Positions 8,284 through 16,694 of a stretch of DNA of 32,000 bases are shown here, in pieces. This DNA comes from an archaeon (GTDB lineage: Archaea; Iainarchaeota; Iainarchaeia; Iainarchaeales; 1-14-0-10-31-34). Every line of letters begins with the position of its first letter. Positions within the stretch are counted from its first letter, which is position 1. The translations under genes were made by a program, and so were the position numbers. The stretch is from contig JAJRVL010000004.1 in NCBI GenBank assembly GCA_024277355.1, positions 330,001 through 362,000 of the forward strand, given 5' to 3'. Below the pieces are notes generated by a model. The model was not told where the DNA came from. It searched no databases and was given only the letters and a program-made list of their open reading frames with translations.

Positions 8284-9861
8284 TCAGTCCTTTAATGCTT
8301 CAGAGTCTTCTTTGATTTCAGATTTATTTTCTGTTTTTTGTTCAGGTTTTTTTTCTGAAAAAGATTGTTCAGGGACCCAAATTTTTTTTATTTGTTTTTC
8401 AGCGTCATTTGAAATTTTACTAAAAACAAATTCAGATAACAATTCATTTACAACAGATTTTCTTCTAATTAATTTATTTAAATATCTTTCAAAAGATTTT
8501 GAAAGATTTTTATAGGAAGCAACATTAGCATAAATTAATCCTTCTTTTAGTCTCCAAAAAGCAGGAGTTCCTTTTTTTGTAAAAATTAAATAACCTCTTT
8601 TTTTGTCTGTTTCACTCATTGCTTCATCCATTAAACGATAATCCACCATATAAACTCCTGCAGTTTGAGGAGAAGGATCCATTAAAATTAATTCATCTCC
8701 TTCAACTCCAACACATAACACAAAATGACCTGAACGGGATTTTTTTTCAGGAAATAAAACAGGTTTTTTATACCAAACTAAAAGCATTGCTCCGTCAGCA
8801 ATCCAGGATTTAACTTCATCTTTTAAATTATAAATCTGATTATATCTCAATAACTGTCCTTTAACAATATTTTTAGTTAAAGATTCAACTGCATTAATTA
8901 AATCCAAAGGCTTTGTTCCTCCAGGAGAAGTTGTTTTAGCTAATTTTCCTATTTCCTGCTGAGAAAAATTATAACCAAAAAAAGACAGCATCATTGAAGC
9001 AGAAGCCGGACCACAATAATAATTCATCTGCTTAATAAACTTTGACCTAATATTTTCAAGTTTTGAAATATCACTTCTTGCTCGTTTTAAATAAAATTCT
9101 TTTTTAATAAATTCTTTATTTGGAATAACCAGATTATACCCTGAACCTAATCTTAACATTACTCCATGAATATCCACTCCAATTACTTCTCCTGTTTCAT
9201 TTCCAATTTTAATTTGCTGTCCCGGTTTAACTAAATTTCTTTCAATATAAGTTCCTGAAAAAAAGTTTTCAAATACATCCTTAAAACCAAAAAACAAAAA
9301 AGCCATAACTAAAACAATTACTCCAGTAATTAAAGTATTAAAAAAACCACTGAATAAACCTGCATCAATTCCAACAGAAGAAAAAGATAACAATAAAACA
9401 ATCAATGAAAGAAAAATTTTAACTACAAAAAAAAATGAATGAATTATTTGTTTTGAAATACCAAATTCCTGCAAATAAGCATCAGAACCAAATTTAATAA
9501 ACAAAAAACTTATTGCATCAATAATTAAAGTAACTAAAATATAACCTAAAACAAAAACTAAAAAGAAAATTACAACTGAAGGAATAAAAGCCATAACCTT
9601 TGAAACCAAAACTTCTGCAACAGAAACCTTTAATACACTTAAAGCAATAATCAAAGAAACAATAAAAATAAATAATTCAATTGACTTTACTGCAGAATTA
9701 ATTGTAATTTTATTTAAACTCTGTTTGTTTAAAGCAAAGCCTAATAATTTACCTGAAATTTTTGCTGCAACCAAACCAATTAAAATTACTGCAATAGCCT
9801 GAGTTGCATTGCTAAACAAAACTTCCTGCAATAAAACATTTCCTAAAGTTTCAACAACCAT
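8284..9861 (-). CDS. MscS-family mechanosensitive channel fused to a C39-like papain-fold peptidase domain
   Basis: 525 aa: N-terminal TM helices, IERNLVKPGQQIKIGNETGEVIGVDIHGVMLRLGSGYNLVIPNKEFIKKEF (MscS beta domain), then MNYYCGPASASMMLSFFGY (Cys motif) ... SRSGHFVLCVGVEGDELILMDPSP (His and Asp motif) as in C39/BtrH-like papain-fold peptidases. Confidence 0.88.
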   Translation of the reverse strand: MVVETLGNVLLQEVLFSNATQAIAVILIGLVAAKISGKLLGFALNKQSLNKITINSAVKSIELFIFIVSLIIALSVLKVSVAEVLVSKVMAFIPSVVIFFLVFVLGYILVTLIIDAISFLFIKFGSDAYLQEFGISKQIIHSFFFVVKIFLSLIVLLLSFSSVGIDAGLFSGFFNTLITGVIVLVMAFLFFGFKDVFENFFSGTYIERNLVKPGQQIKIGNETGEVIGVDIHGVMLRLGSGYNLVIPNKEFIKKEFYLKRARSDISKLENIRSKFIKQMNYYCGPASASMMLSFFGYNFSQQEIGKLAKTTSPGGTKPLDLINAVESLTKNIVKGQLLRYNQIYNLKDEVKSWIADGAMLLVWYKKPVLFPEKKSRSGHFVLCVGVEGDELILMDPSPQTAGVYMVDYRLMDEAMSETDKKRGYLIFTKKGTPAFWRLKEGLIYANVASYKNLSKSFERYLNKLIRRKSVVNELLSEFVFSKISNDAEKQIKKIWVPEQSFSEKKPEQKTENKSEIKEDSEALKD

Positions 9862-9982
9862 TAAACTACCCTAATAAAAGAGCGTTTAAAGGTTTAAATA
9901 AATTGCCTTTAAGACAGTTTAAAAAGAAAAAAAAGAGAAAAAACAGCAATGTTTTTTTAATTTTCTAACTTCACAATAACTA

Positions 9983-11023
9983 ATGACCAAAAAAATAAAA
10001 ATAACAGGAAAAGCTACAAAAAAAGAATTATTTTATTCAGTTGAAGGAAACAAAAACTTTGATTTTGAAACAACAAAAAATTACGGAAAAAAAGTTTTAA
10101 CTGAAAATTTAGGAATACAAAAAAACGAAAAAGTTCTGATTATAACTGATGAAACAACTTCATTAATTGGAAAAGCATTTTTAAATGCAGGAAAAAGTTT
10201 ATGCAAAAAAACAGAATTAATTGAAATGAAATCCCTTCCCTTTAATGGAATGGAACCAGAAGAAAAAATTGCAAAAGAAATGCTTAAATACAATATAATT
10301 ATTCTCCCAGTTAATAGTTCTTTAAGCCATACAAAAGCAAGAATGCATGCATCAAGACATGGTGCAAGAATTGCATCAATGCCAAGACTTAATTATGAAA
10401 TGATTAAAAGAGATTTAAAAGCTGATTACACTAAAATAAAAAAATTAAGTTTGCAGGTAAAAAATCTTTTAACTAAAGCAGATTTAGCTGAAGTAAAAAC
10501 AGAATTAGGAACAGACATAAGTATTCCGTTAAAAGACATGAAAGCAGGCGGAAGTAAAGCCGGCTTTTATTTAAAAGCAGGGCAATGGGGAAACATTCCT
10601 CAAGGAGAAGTTTATATAGTTCCAGAAGAAGGAAAAAGTAACGGAAAATTTGTAGTTGATGCTTCAATGGGAACAATAGGAAAAGTTGAAACCCCAATTG
10701 AAATTACAGTCAAAAAAGGTTTTGCAACAAAAATTGACGGAGGAGAAGAAGCATTAAAACTAAAAAAACTAATTAAACCTTTAGGAAAAAACGCAAGAAA
10801 TCTAGCTGAATTTGCAATAGGCACAAACGACACTGCAAAAATAATAGGAGTAGTATTAGAAGACGAAAAAGTTTTAGGTACAGCTCATTTAGCTTTAGGA
10901 AACAGCACTTCAATGACAGGCGGAACAATCTACTCAGAAATCCATGTAGACGGAGTTTTCACTAAACCCACTATATGGTTAGATGGAAAACTTTTCATGG
11001 AAAAAGGAAAAATTCTGATTTAA
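9983..11023 (+). CDS. M29-like (aminopeptidase T family) metalloaminopeptidase
   Basis: 346 aa; GEVYIVPEEGKSNGKFVVDASMG, NLAEFAIGTNDTAKIIGVVLEDEKVLGTAHLALG, GGTIYSEIHVDGVFTKPTIWLDG. Confidence 0.8.
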   Translation: MTKKIKITGKATKKELFYSVEGNKNFDFETTKNYGKKVLTENLGIQKNEKVLIITDETTSLIGKAFLNAGKSLCKKTELIEMKSLPFNGMEPEEKIAKEMLKYNIIILPVNSSLSHTKARMHASRHGARIASMPRLNYEMIKRDLKADYTKIKKLSLQVKNLLTKADLAEVKTELGTDISIPLKDMKAGGSKAGFYLKAGQWGNIPQGEVYIVPEEGKSNGKFVVDASMGTIGKVETPIEITVKKGFATKIDGGEEALKLKKLIKPLGKNARNLAEFAIGTNDTAKIIGVVLEDEKVLGTAHLALGNSTSMTGGTIYSEIHVDGVFTKPTIWLDGKLFMEKGKILI

Positions 11024-11096
11024 TTTCAAAAGCACATACTTACATACATACTTAAATACATTTTGGTAATTAATAATTATTAGTTGATAACTTTTA

Positions 11097-11378
11097 GTGA
11101 TGTTTATGTTAAAACAGGTTCAAAAAATTAAGCATTCTCCTACATTAAATACAGTTCTTATGGTTGAAAACACTTTAAAGAAAATAAACGAAAGTGTTAT
11201 TTCTATTGCAGAACTTAAAAGAAAACTTCCTAATCAGGTTAACCATAACACTTTAATGGTTATTTTAAGTTATTTAGAAGACAGCAATAAAATTGCTGTT
11301 ACATTAAAAGGAATTACCTGGGTTTTTAATTCTAATCCTGTTTTAAGAAAAGCAATTTCTAAAGGCCTTGAATTATGA
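11097..11378 (+). CDS. Winged-helix protein, candidate antitoxin; start could be one of several in-frame ATGs
   Basis: 93 aa; VISIAELKRKLPNQVNHNTLMVILSYLEDSNKIAVTLKGITWVF wHTH-like; 4-nt ATGA overlap with the downstream RelE-like gene. Confidence 0.7.
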   Translation: MMFMLKQVQKIKHSPTLNTVLMVENTLKKINESVISIAELKRKLPNQVNHNTLMVILSYLEDSNKIAVTLKGITWVFNSNPVLRKAISKGLEL

Positions 11379-11728
11379 AGACAGTCAAAGTTATTCTTTC
11401 TCCTGAAGCAGAAGAAGTTTATAATTATTTAAATAAAGAATCTGTTAAATCAAAAACTGAAAAAACAATTTTTAATGGAATAAACAAAAAAGTTGAATTA
11501 ATTAAACAAAATATTCATTACGGCAACCCAATATCAAAAAAACTTATTCCAAAAGAATACAAAGAAAAATACAGCATAACAAATTTATTCAGAGTAGAAC
11601 TTCCAAACCATTGGAGAATGCTTTATTCTCTTACTGACGGAGAAACAAAAATTGAAATAATTGCTTTTATTCTGGATTTTATTGACCATCCAAATTACAA
11701 TAAAAAATTTGGCTACAAAAAAAGATAA
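11375..11728 (+). CDS. RelE/ParE superfamily toxin-like protein
   Basis: 117 aa; KVILSPEAEEVYNYL ... NLFRVELPNHWRMLYSLTDGETKIEIIAFILDFIDHPNYNKKFGYKKR, the classic RelE-like C-terminal beta-sheet pattern. Confidence 0.72.
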   Translation: MKTVKVILSPEAEEVYNYLNKESVKSKTEKTIFNGINKKVELIKQNIHYGNPISKKLIPKEYKEKYSITNLFRVELPNHWRMLYSLTDGETKIEIIAFILDFIDHPNYNKKFGYKKR

Positions 11729-11804
11729 AATACAACAGCATTAAATAAAATACTATTTATGGAAAAAGGAAAAATATTAATATAGTTGTTTACTAATTTG
11801 TAAG

Positions 11805-13139
11805 TTGAAGTTTATGAAACATTTTAATCCATTAAAAAGATCAATGATTGGTCTGGAAACAGAATTTTTTACTTTAAACGAAAACGGGTTTATGGTATCA
11901 AAAGCTGATGAATTAATTGACTCAGCAAAAAAACACAAAATTCCTGCAATAAAAGAATGCGGAAAAAACATGTTAGAATTAGGAGTTTTTCCTTCAGAAA
12001 AAATCAATAAAATTGCAAGAAATTATTTAAATGAATTACAAAAATTAATTGACTTAACAGAAAAACATTCATCAATGCTTTATCCTTTAGGAACCTACCC
12101 AGGAAGTTTTGAACCAGAAATGAGAACAGACTCATTATATTCAATTAAACAAAAAGTTTTCGGAGAAAACAAATTCAAAATAGCCGGAAGAAACATTGGA
12201 TTTCATTTTCATTACACGCTTCCAAGAGGAGTGTTTAATTCAAAAACAAAAAGATTAAAACAAGTTAAAAAATCAAAAATAGCAGAAAGCATGGTTAATG
12301 CATTTAATTTAATGTTAAGCATTGATCCGGTTGTATCAACTTTACTTCAGTCATCTCCTTTTTATCAAGGCAAATACTACGGCAAAGATTCAAGAATAAT
12401 CTGGTATAGAGGAGGAAAATTCCTAAATAACCCTGATGGATTATATTCAGACATGGAAGAAATAGGCCAGCTTCCTTCTTACATTCATACAGTAACAGAT
12501 TTAATTAATAAAACTGAAACAACATTTAAAGCATGGGAAAAAGAATTAATTAAAAAAGAAATTCCAAGAAAAAAAATGAAAGAATACCCAACAAAATTAG
12601 CTGTAGGATGGCCTCCATTAAAAATTAATTTACATGGAACATTAGAACAAAGAGGATTAGACATGAATCATCCAAAATATATTTTAGGTGCAAGCGTTTT
12701 AATTTCAGTTGTATTAAGAGAAATCTTTCAGGAATTCTTAGAAGTAAAACCATCAGATTATGGAATGCATAATCCATTTAAATTAGAAAATTCAACTATT
12801 CATATTTCTCCTGACAGTATAGTAAGAGAAAAACTACAGTTATTATCTGCAACAAAAGGATTAGAATCAAAAGAAATCAAAAACAACATTAAAGGATTTA
12901 TAAAATTAAGCAAACAATTTATGATGCCTGAAGAAAAAAAAGCAGTAAAACCTTTACTTAATATTTTAGACAGAGAAGCAACTGTTTCAGATATATTAAT
13001 TAAAAGAGTAAAAAAAGCAGGTTTTTCTTTAAAAGAAATTGTACCAAATGACGTGTTTGCAGAAATGGCTTTGAAAAGCTGTCGTCAATTAAAAAAGTCA
13101 ATGGATAAAACAAAAAGAACATTTGAAGCAATAGTGTGA
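11805..13139 (+). CDS. GCS2-like carboxylate-amine ligase (glutamate-cysteine ligase type 2 superfamily); likely start ATG at 11814
   Basis: 444 aa; MIGLETEFFTLNENG N-terminal GxExE-type strand, LGTYPGSFEPEMRTD, NIGFHFHYTLPRG, LINLHGTLEQRGLDMNHP, EREATVSD; the overall GCS2 order of motifs. Confidence 0.65.
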   Translation: MKFMKHFNPLKRSMIGLETEFFTLNENGFMVSKADELIDSAKKHKIPAIKECGKNMLELGVFPSEKINKIARNYLNELQKLIDLTEKHSSMLYPLGTYPGSFEPEMRTDSLYSIKQKVFGENKFKIAGRNIGFHFHYTLPRGVFNSKTKRLKQVKKSKIAESMVNAFNLMLSIDPVVSTLLQSSPFYQGKYYGKDSRIIWYRGGKFLNNPDGLYSDMEEIGQLPSYIHTVTDLINKTETTFKAWEKELIKKEIPRKKMKEYPTKLAVGWPPLKINLHGTLEQRGLDMNHPKYILGASVLISVVLREIFQEFLEVKPSDYGMHNPFKLENSTIHISPDSIVREKLQLLSATKGLESKEIKNNIKGFIKLSKQFMMPEEKKAVKPLLNILDREATVSDILIKRVKKAGFSLKEIVPNDVFAEMALKSCRQLKKSMDKTKRTFEAIV

Positions 13140-13180
13140 ATAAAAATAGGTTTTTAACTAGTTTTAAGCAGTAATAAATT

Positions 13181-13654
13181 ATGCCTTTGTCAAAAATATT
13201 TAAACCAAAAAAATGGAAATGGCTAAAAAAAATAAATAAACAGAAGTCAGCAAAAAGACAAGCTAAAGATCTTATTCTTAAAACATATAAAGCTAATTTT
13301 AATAAAAAAACTATTTTAGGAAGACCAGTTATTGACCTTGCTGCAAGATACCGTGAAAGATTAGCAGCAATAATAGGCGGAAAAGAAAAATTTATTGAAA
13401 CAGGAACAGCTAATAAAAGATTTTTTAATGCAATATCAGGCGAAGCTCATCTCGCCACCATTGATAAAGAATTTATAGGCAATAAATTAATATTATCTGC
13501 ATCAACTCCTGAAAAAAGAACAGAAGTTATTGATAAAGAAATTGAAAGATTAAGAACAAGAGTTACAGATTTAGAAAAATTAAGCAAAACAGCAACTGAA
13601 GAAGAATTCATTAACATTTTATGGAAAATTCAAGGAAAAAAACCAGAATACTAA
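13181..13654 (+). CDS. Hypothetical basic protein
   Basis: 157-aa ORF, ATG start, no overlap. Confidence 0.65.
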   Translation: MPLSKIFKPKKWKWLKKINKQKSAKRQAKDLILKTYKANFNKKTILGRPVIDLAARYRERLAAIIGGKEKFIETGTANKRFFNAISGEAHLATIDKEFIGNKLILSASTPEKRTEVIDKEIERLRTRVTDLEKLSKTATEEEFINILWKIQGKKPEY

Positions 13655-13715
13655 AAACTATTTTTTAATAAAAAAAATTGAACACTTCTGATTTTATTAG
13701 TTTTTATTCAAAAAA

Positions 13716-14363
13716 TTGACTATGAAGCCCTTAATGAGAAAACTAACTCATCCAATAAGAAAAATCTACTGGAAAAACAAACTGCTTAATCAAAATATGC
13801 AAACAAAAGGAAAACTTCCAAAAGGAATTAAATACTTTAAAGAAAGAAAAAATAATTTATATATAAAACAGGAATTCCAAAACCCAAAAACAACAATAAC
13901 AATTAATGGAAAAAAAATTTCATTAAAAGGCGCAGAATATTTTAAATGGGAATATCAAAAACAAAAATATATAGAAAGAGAATCAGCAAAATTAAATAAA
14001 AAAAGAACACAAATAAAAGAAGCATTAAAAGGAAAAATAAGAAGGCTTTTGCCGACAAATCACCCTGTTTATTCCCTTACTCAATTATTTATTAACTGTG
14101 TTAAATTAGGAGAAGTTTCTCTTACAGGAAACCCGCATGGTCCAGATCTAAAAATGAAATTAAATTCAAATAAAACAAAAATTTCACTTGAATATTTTTT
14201 AAAAGGACAAAAAAAACTTAATAAGTTGATTATAATGGAAATAAAACCAAGAGAAATTCAGGCAATACAAGAATATATTCCTGTTTTTGATAAATTAACA
14301 AATATATCTGTTAAAGAAGAGTTAAATCAAAAAACATTAAATGAAATAAAAAAAATAAAATAA
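13716..14363 (+). CDS. Hypothetical Lys-rich protein
   Basis: 215-aa ORF, no recognised domain. Confidence 0.65.
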   Translation: MTMKPLMRKLTHPIRKIYWKNKLLNQNMQTKGKLPKGIKYFKERKNNLYIKQEFQNPKTTITINGKKISLKGAEYFKWEYQKQKYIERESAKLNKKRTQIKEALKGKIRRLLPTNHPVYSLTQLFINCVKLGEVSLTGNPHGPDLKMKLNSNKTKISLEYFLKGQKKLNKLIIMEIKPREIQAIQEYIPVFDKLTNISVKEELNQKTLNEIKKIK

Positions 14364-14383
14364 AAAAAAAGAAAAAGAATGAA

Positions 14384-14683
14384 CTATTTTTTCAATGGAC
14401 TTGGACAGTTTGTTACATTATCCAGATCACACATGCAGGATCCATCAGAAAAAGATCCATCATCATTTTCATGCGCATCTTGAGAACTGCAGTCTTTTCC
14501 TGTGCAAGTTACTTCTGAACCATTAAGACATTTTGCAGTTACTGTTGCGTCTAATCCAAATTCTACTGGCCCATCAACAACCGGTTCATCCTGAACTGCT
14601 GCATCAACATTACCTGAATAAAACCCAGAAAAAGCTAACGCAAAAACAGCAATAACTCCAATCACTAAAAATTTATTTTTCAT
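14384..14683 (-). CDS. Secreted six-cysteine mini-protein (paralog 2)
   Basis: 99 aa; signal peptide MKNKFLVIGVIAVFALAFSGFYSGNVDA followed by C-x5-C-x4-C-x17-C-x-C-x7-C; strong SD (AAAGGAGAG) before the ATG. Confidence 0.85.
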   Translation of the reverse strand: MKNKFLVIGVIAVFALAFSGFYSGNVDAAVQDEPVVDGPVEFGLDATVTAKCLNGSEVTCTGKDCSSQDAHENDDGSFSDGSCMCDLDNVTNCPSPLKK

Positions 14684-14706
14684 TTTTTCACTCTCCTTTT
14701 TTAAAA

Positions 14707-15003
14707 TTACTTTTTAAGAGGACTTGGACAATCAGTTCTCTTGTCGTCACATTTACAACTGCCATCATGATAATCGCCATCAGAATCTTGATATGCATCG
14801 TTTGCACTGCATTTGTTTCCTGAACACGACACAGTATCCCCATTAATACACTTTGCTGTTGCTGTTGCATCTAATCCAAATTCAACTGAATCTTCTAAAA
14901 CAACAGGATCCTGCAATGTTGCTTCTACATTACCTGAATAAAACCCAGAAAAAGCAAAAGCAAAAACAGCAATAACTCCTATTGCTAAAATTTTAGTTTT
15001 CAT
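14707..15003 (-). CDS. Secreted six-cysteine mini-protein (paralog 1)
   Basis: Tandem paralog of the neighbour: MKTKILAIGVIAVFAFAFSGFYSGNVEA...CINGDTVSCSGNKCSANDAYQDSDGDYHDGSCKCDDKRTDCPSPLKK. The ORF track starts at 15015 on a GTG inside the SD; ATG at 15003 has proper SD spacing. Confidence 0.85.
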   Translation of the reverse strand: MKTKILAIGVIAVFAFAFSGFYSGNVEATLQDPVVLEDSVEFGLDATATAKCINGDTVSCSGNKCSANDAYQDSDGDYHDGSCKCDDKRTDCPSPLKK

Positions 15004-15197
15004 TTTTTCCATCACTCTCCTTTAAAATATATTCCTATTTCGTTTGAGAAATCTTTTTAAACGGTGTACAAAAAAATCAAATGTCTTTTTAAATAGTTTA
15101 CAAAAAAAAGCAAATACAAAAAAAACAGCAATTAGAAATAGTTTTCAGCAAAACACCCCTTTTTATTTCTTTTTTTTCACAAATATAAAGAAAGGAA

Positions 15198-16664
15198 GTG
15201 AGAAAAATGAAGTTCTCTGAATTAAATGAAAAAACCCTTTCATTAACTTTTGATGATATACTGCTTCTTCCTGGTTATTCTGAAGTAATACCAAGAGACG
15301 TTAACTTAAAAACAAAATTAACAAATAAAATTTATTTAAATATTCCTTTAGTTTCCGCAGCAATGGATACTGTAACTGAAAGTGCTACAGCTAAAGTAAT
15401 GGCAACACACGGAGGAATAGGAATAATTCATAAAAACTTTTCTCCTGAAAAACAGGCAGATGAAGTAAACAAAGTTAAAAGATCAGAATACTGGATGATA
15501 ACTAATCCTATTACTGTCAATCCAGAGGATTATCTAAAAAAAGTTTTAGCTTTAAGACAAAAATACGGCATAAAAACTTTTCCAGTTGTATTAAACAAAA
15601 AATTAGTTGGAATAATAACCAACAGAGACATGCGTTTTGCAGATGAAAAAGAAAAAGTCAAAAACATAATGACAAAAAAATTAATTACAACAGATAACGC
15701 AGAAGACTCAGAAAAAGCAAAACAATTACTTCATAAAAACAGAATAGAAAAACTTCCAATAGTAAACAAAAAAAACGAATTAAAAGGATTAATTACAATT
15801 AAAGACATTGAAAACAAAGAAAGGCATCCATTAGCAAACAAAGATTCAAGAGGAAGACTTTTAGTTGGAGCAGCAATAGGAACAAACGACAAAAAAAGAA
15901 TTGAATTATTAATTAAAGCAGAAACAGATGTATTAGTTGTTGATACAGCTCACGGTCATTCAAAAAACGTAATTAAAACAGTAAAAGAAATCAAAAAAGA
16001 ATTTGATGTTGAAGTAATAGCAGGAAATATTGCAACAAAAAAAGCAGCAGAAGCATTAATTTCAGCAGGCGCAGACGCAATAAAAATTGGAATTGGTCCA
16101 GGAAGTATTTGTACTACAAGAGTTGTTTCAGGAGTAGGCGTACCTCAATTAAGCGCAGTAATTGAAACAGCAAAAGCTGCATCAAAAACAGGAATTCCAT
16201 TGATTTCAGACGGCGGAGTAAAATATTCCGGAGACATAACTAAAGCTTTAGCTGCAGGAGCAGACTCAGTAATGCTAGGAAGCTTATTTGCAGGAACAGA
16301 CGAAAGTCCAGGCAAAACAATTTTCATGTATAACAGAAAATTCAAAAAATACAGAGGCATGGGTTCAGTTTCAGCAATGGAATTAGGCGGAAAAGACCGT
16401 TACTTTCAATCAGACATAATGCAAAGAGGAAAATTTGTACCAGAAGGAATTGAAGGAATAGTTCCATTCAAAGGAAAATTAAGTGAAGTAATTTACCAAT
16501 TAACAGGCGGAATACAATCAGGAATGGGTTATTGCGGAGCAAAAAACATTGCAGAATTAAAACAAAAAGCAGAATTCACCAGAATCACTGCCTCAGGATT
16601 ACAAGAAAGCCATCCGCATGACGTAACAATAACAGACGAAGCACCAAACTATTCAAGGTTATAA
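15198..16664 (+). CDS. guaB: Inosine-5'-monophosphate dehydrogenase; more likely start ATG at 15207 after the SD GGAAG
   Basis: [12 protein letters not shown], two CBS domains, [25 protein letters not shown] catalytic Cys loop, [10 protein letters not shown]. Confidence 0.97.
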   Translation: MRKMKFSELNEKTLSLTFDDILLLPGYSEVIPRDVNLKTKLTNKIYLNIPLVSAAMDTVTESATAKVMATHGGIGIIHKNFSPEKQADEVNKVKRSEYWMITNPITVNPEDYLKKVLALRQKYGIKTFPVVLNKKLVGIITNRDMRFADEKEKVKNIMTKKLITTDNAEDSEKAKQLLHKNRIEKLPIVNKKNELKGLITIKDIENKERHPLANKDSRGRLLVGAAIGTNDKKRIELLIKAETDVLVVDTAHGHSKNVIKTVKEIKKEFDVEVIAGNIATKKAAEALISAGADAIKIGIGPGSICTTRVVSGVGVPQLSAVIETAKAASKTGIPLISDGGVKYSGDITKALAAGADSVMLGSLFAGTDESPGKTIFMYNRKFKKYRGMGSVSAMELGGKDRYFQSDIMQRGKFVPEGIEGIVPFKGKLSEVIYQLTGGIQSGMGYCGAKNIAELKQKAEFTRITASGLQESHPHDVTITDEAPNYSRL

Positions 16665-16694
16665 GTTTTTAATAACTAAAAACATAATAATTAA

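Noticed and set aside
14688-14870. 60-aa minus-strand ORF overlapping the Cys-rich mini-protein pair
   Set aside because: Out-of-frame reading of 14707..15003 without signal peptide or SD, beginning with poly-Gln from a GCA-repeat-like stretch.
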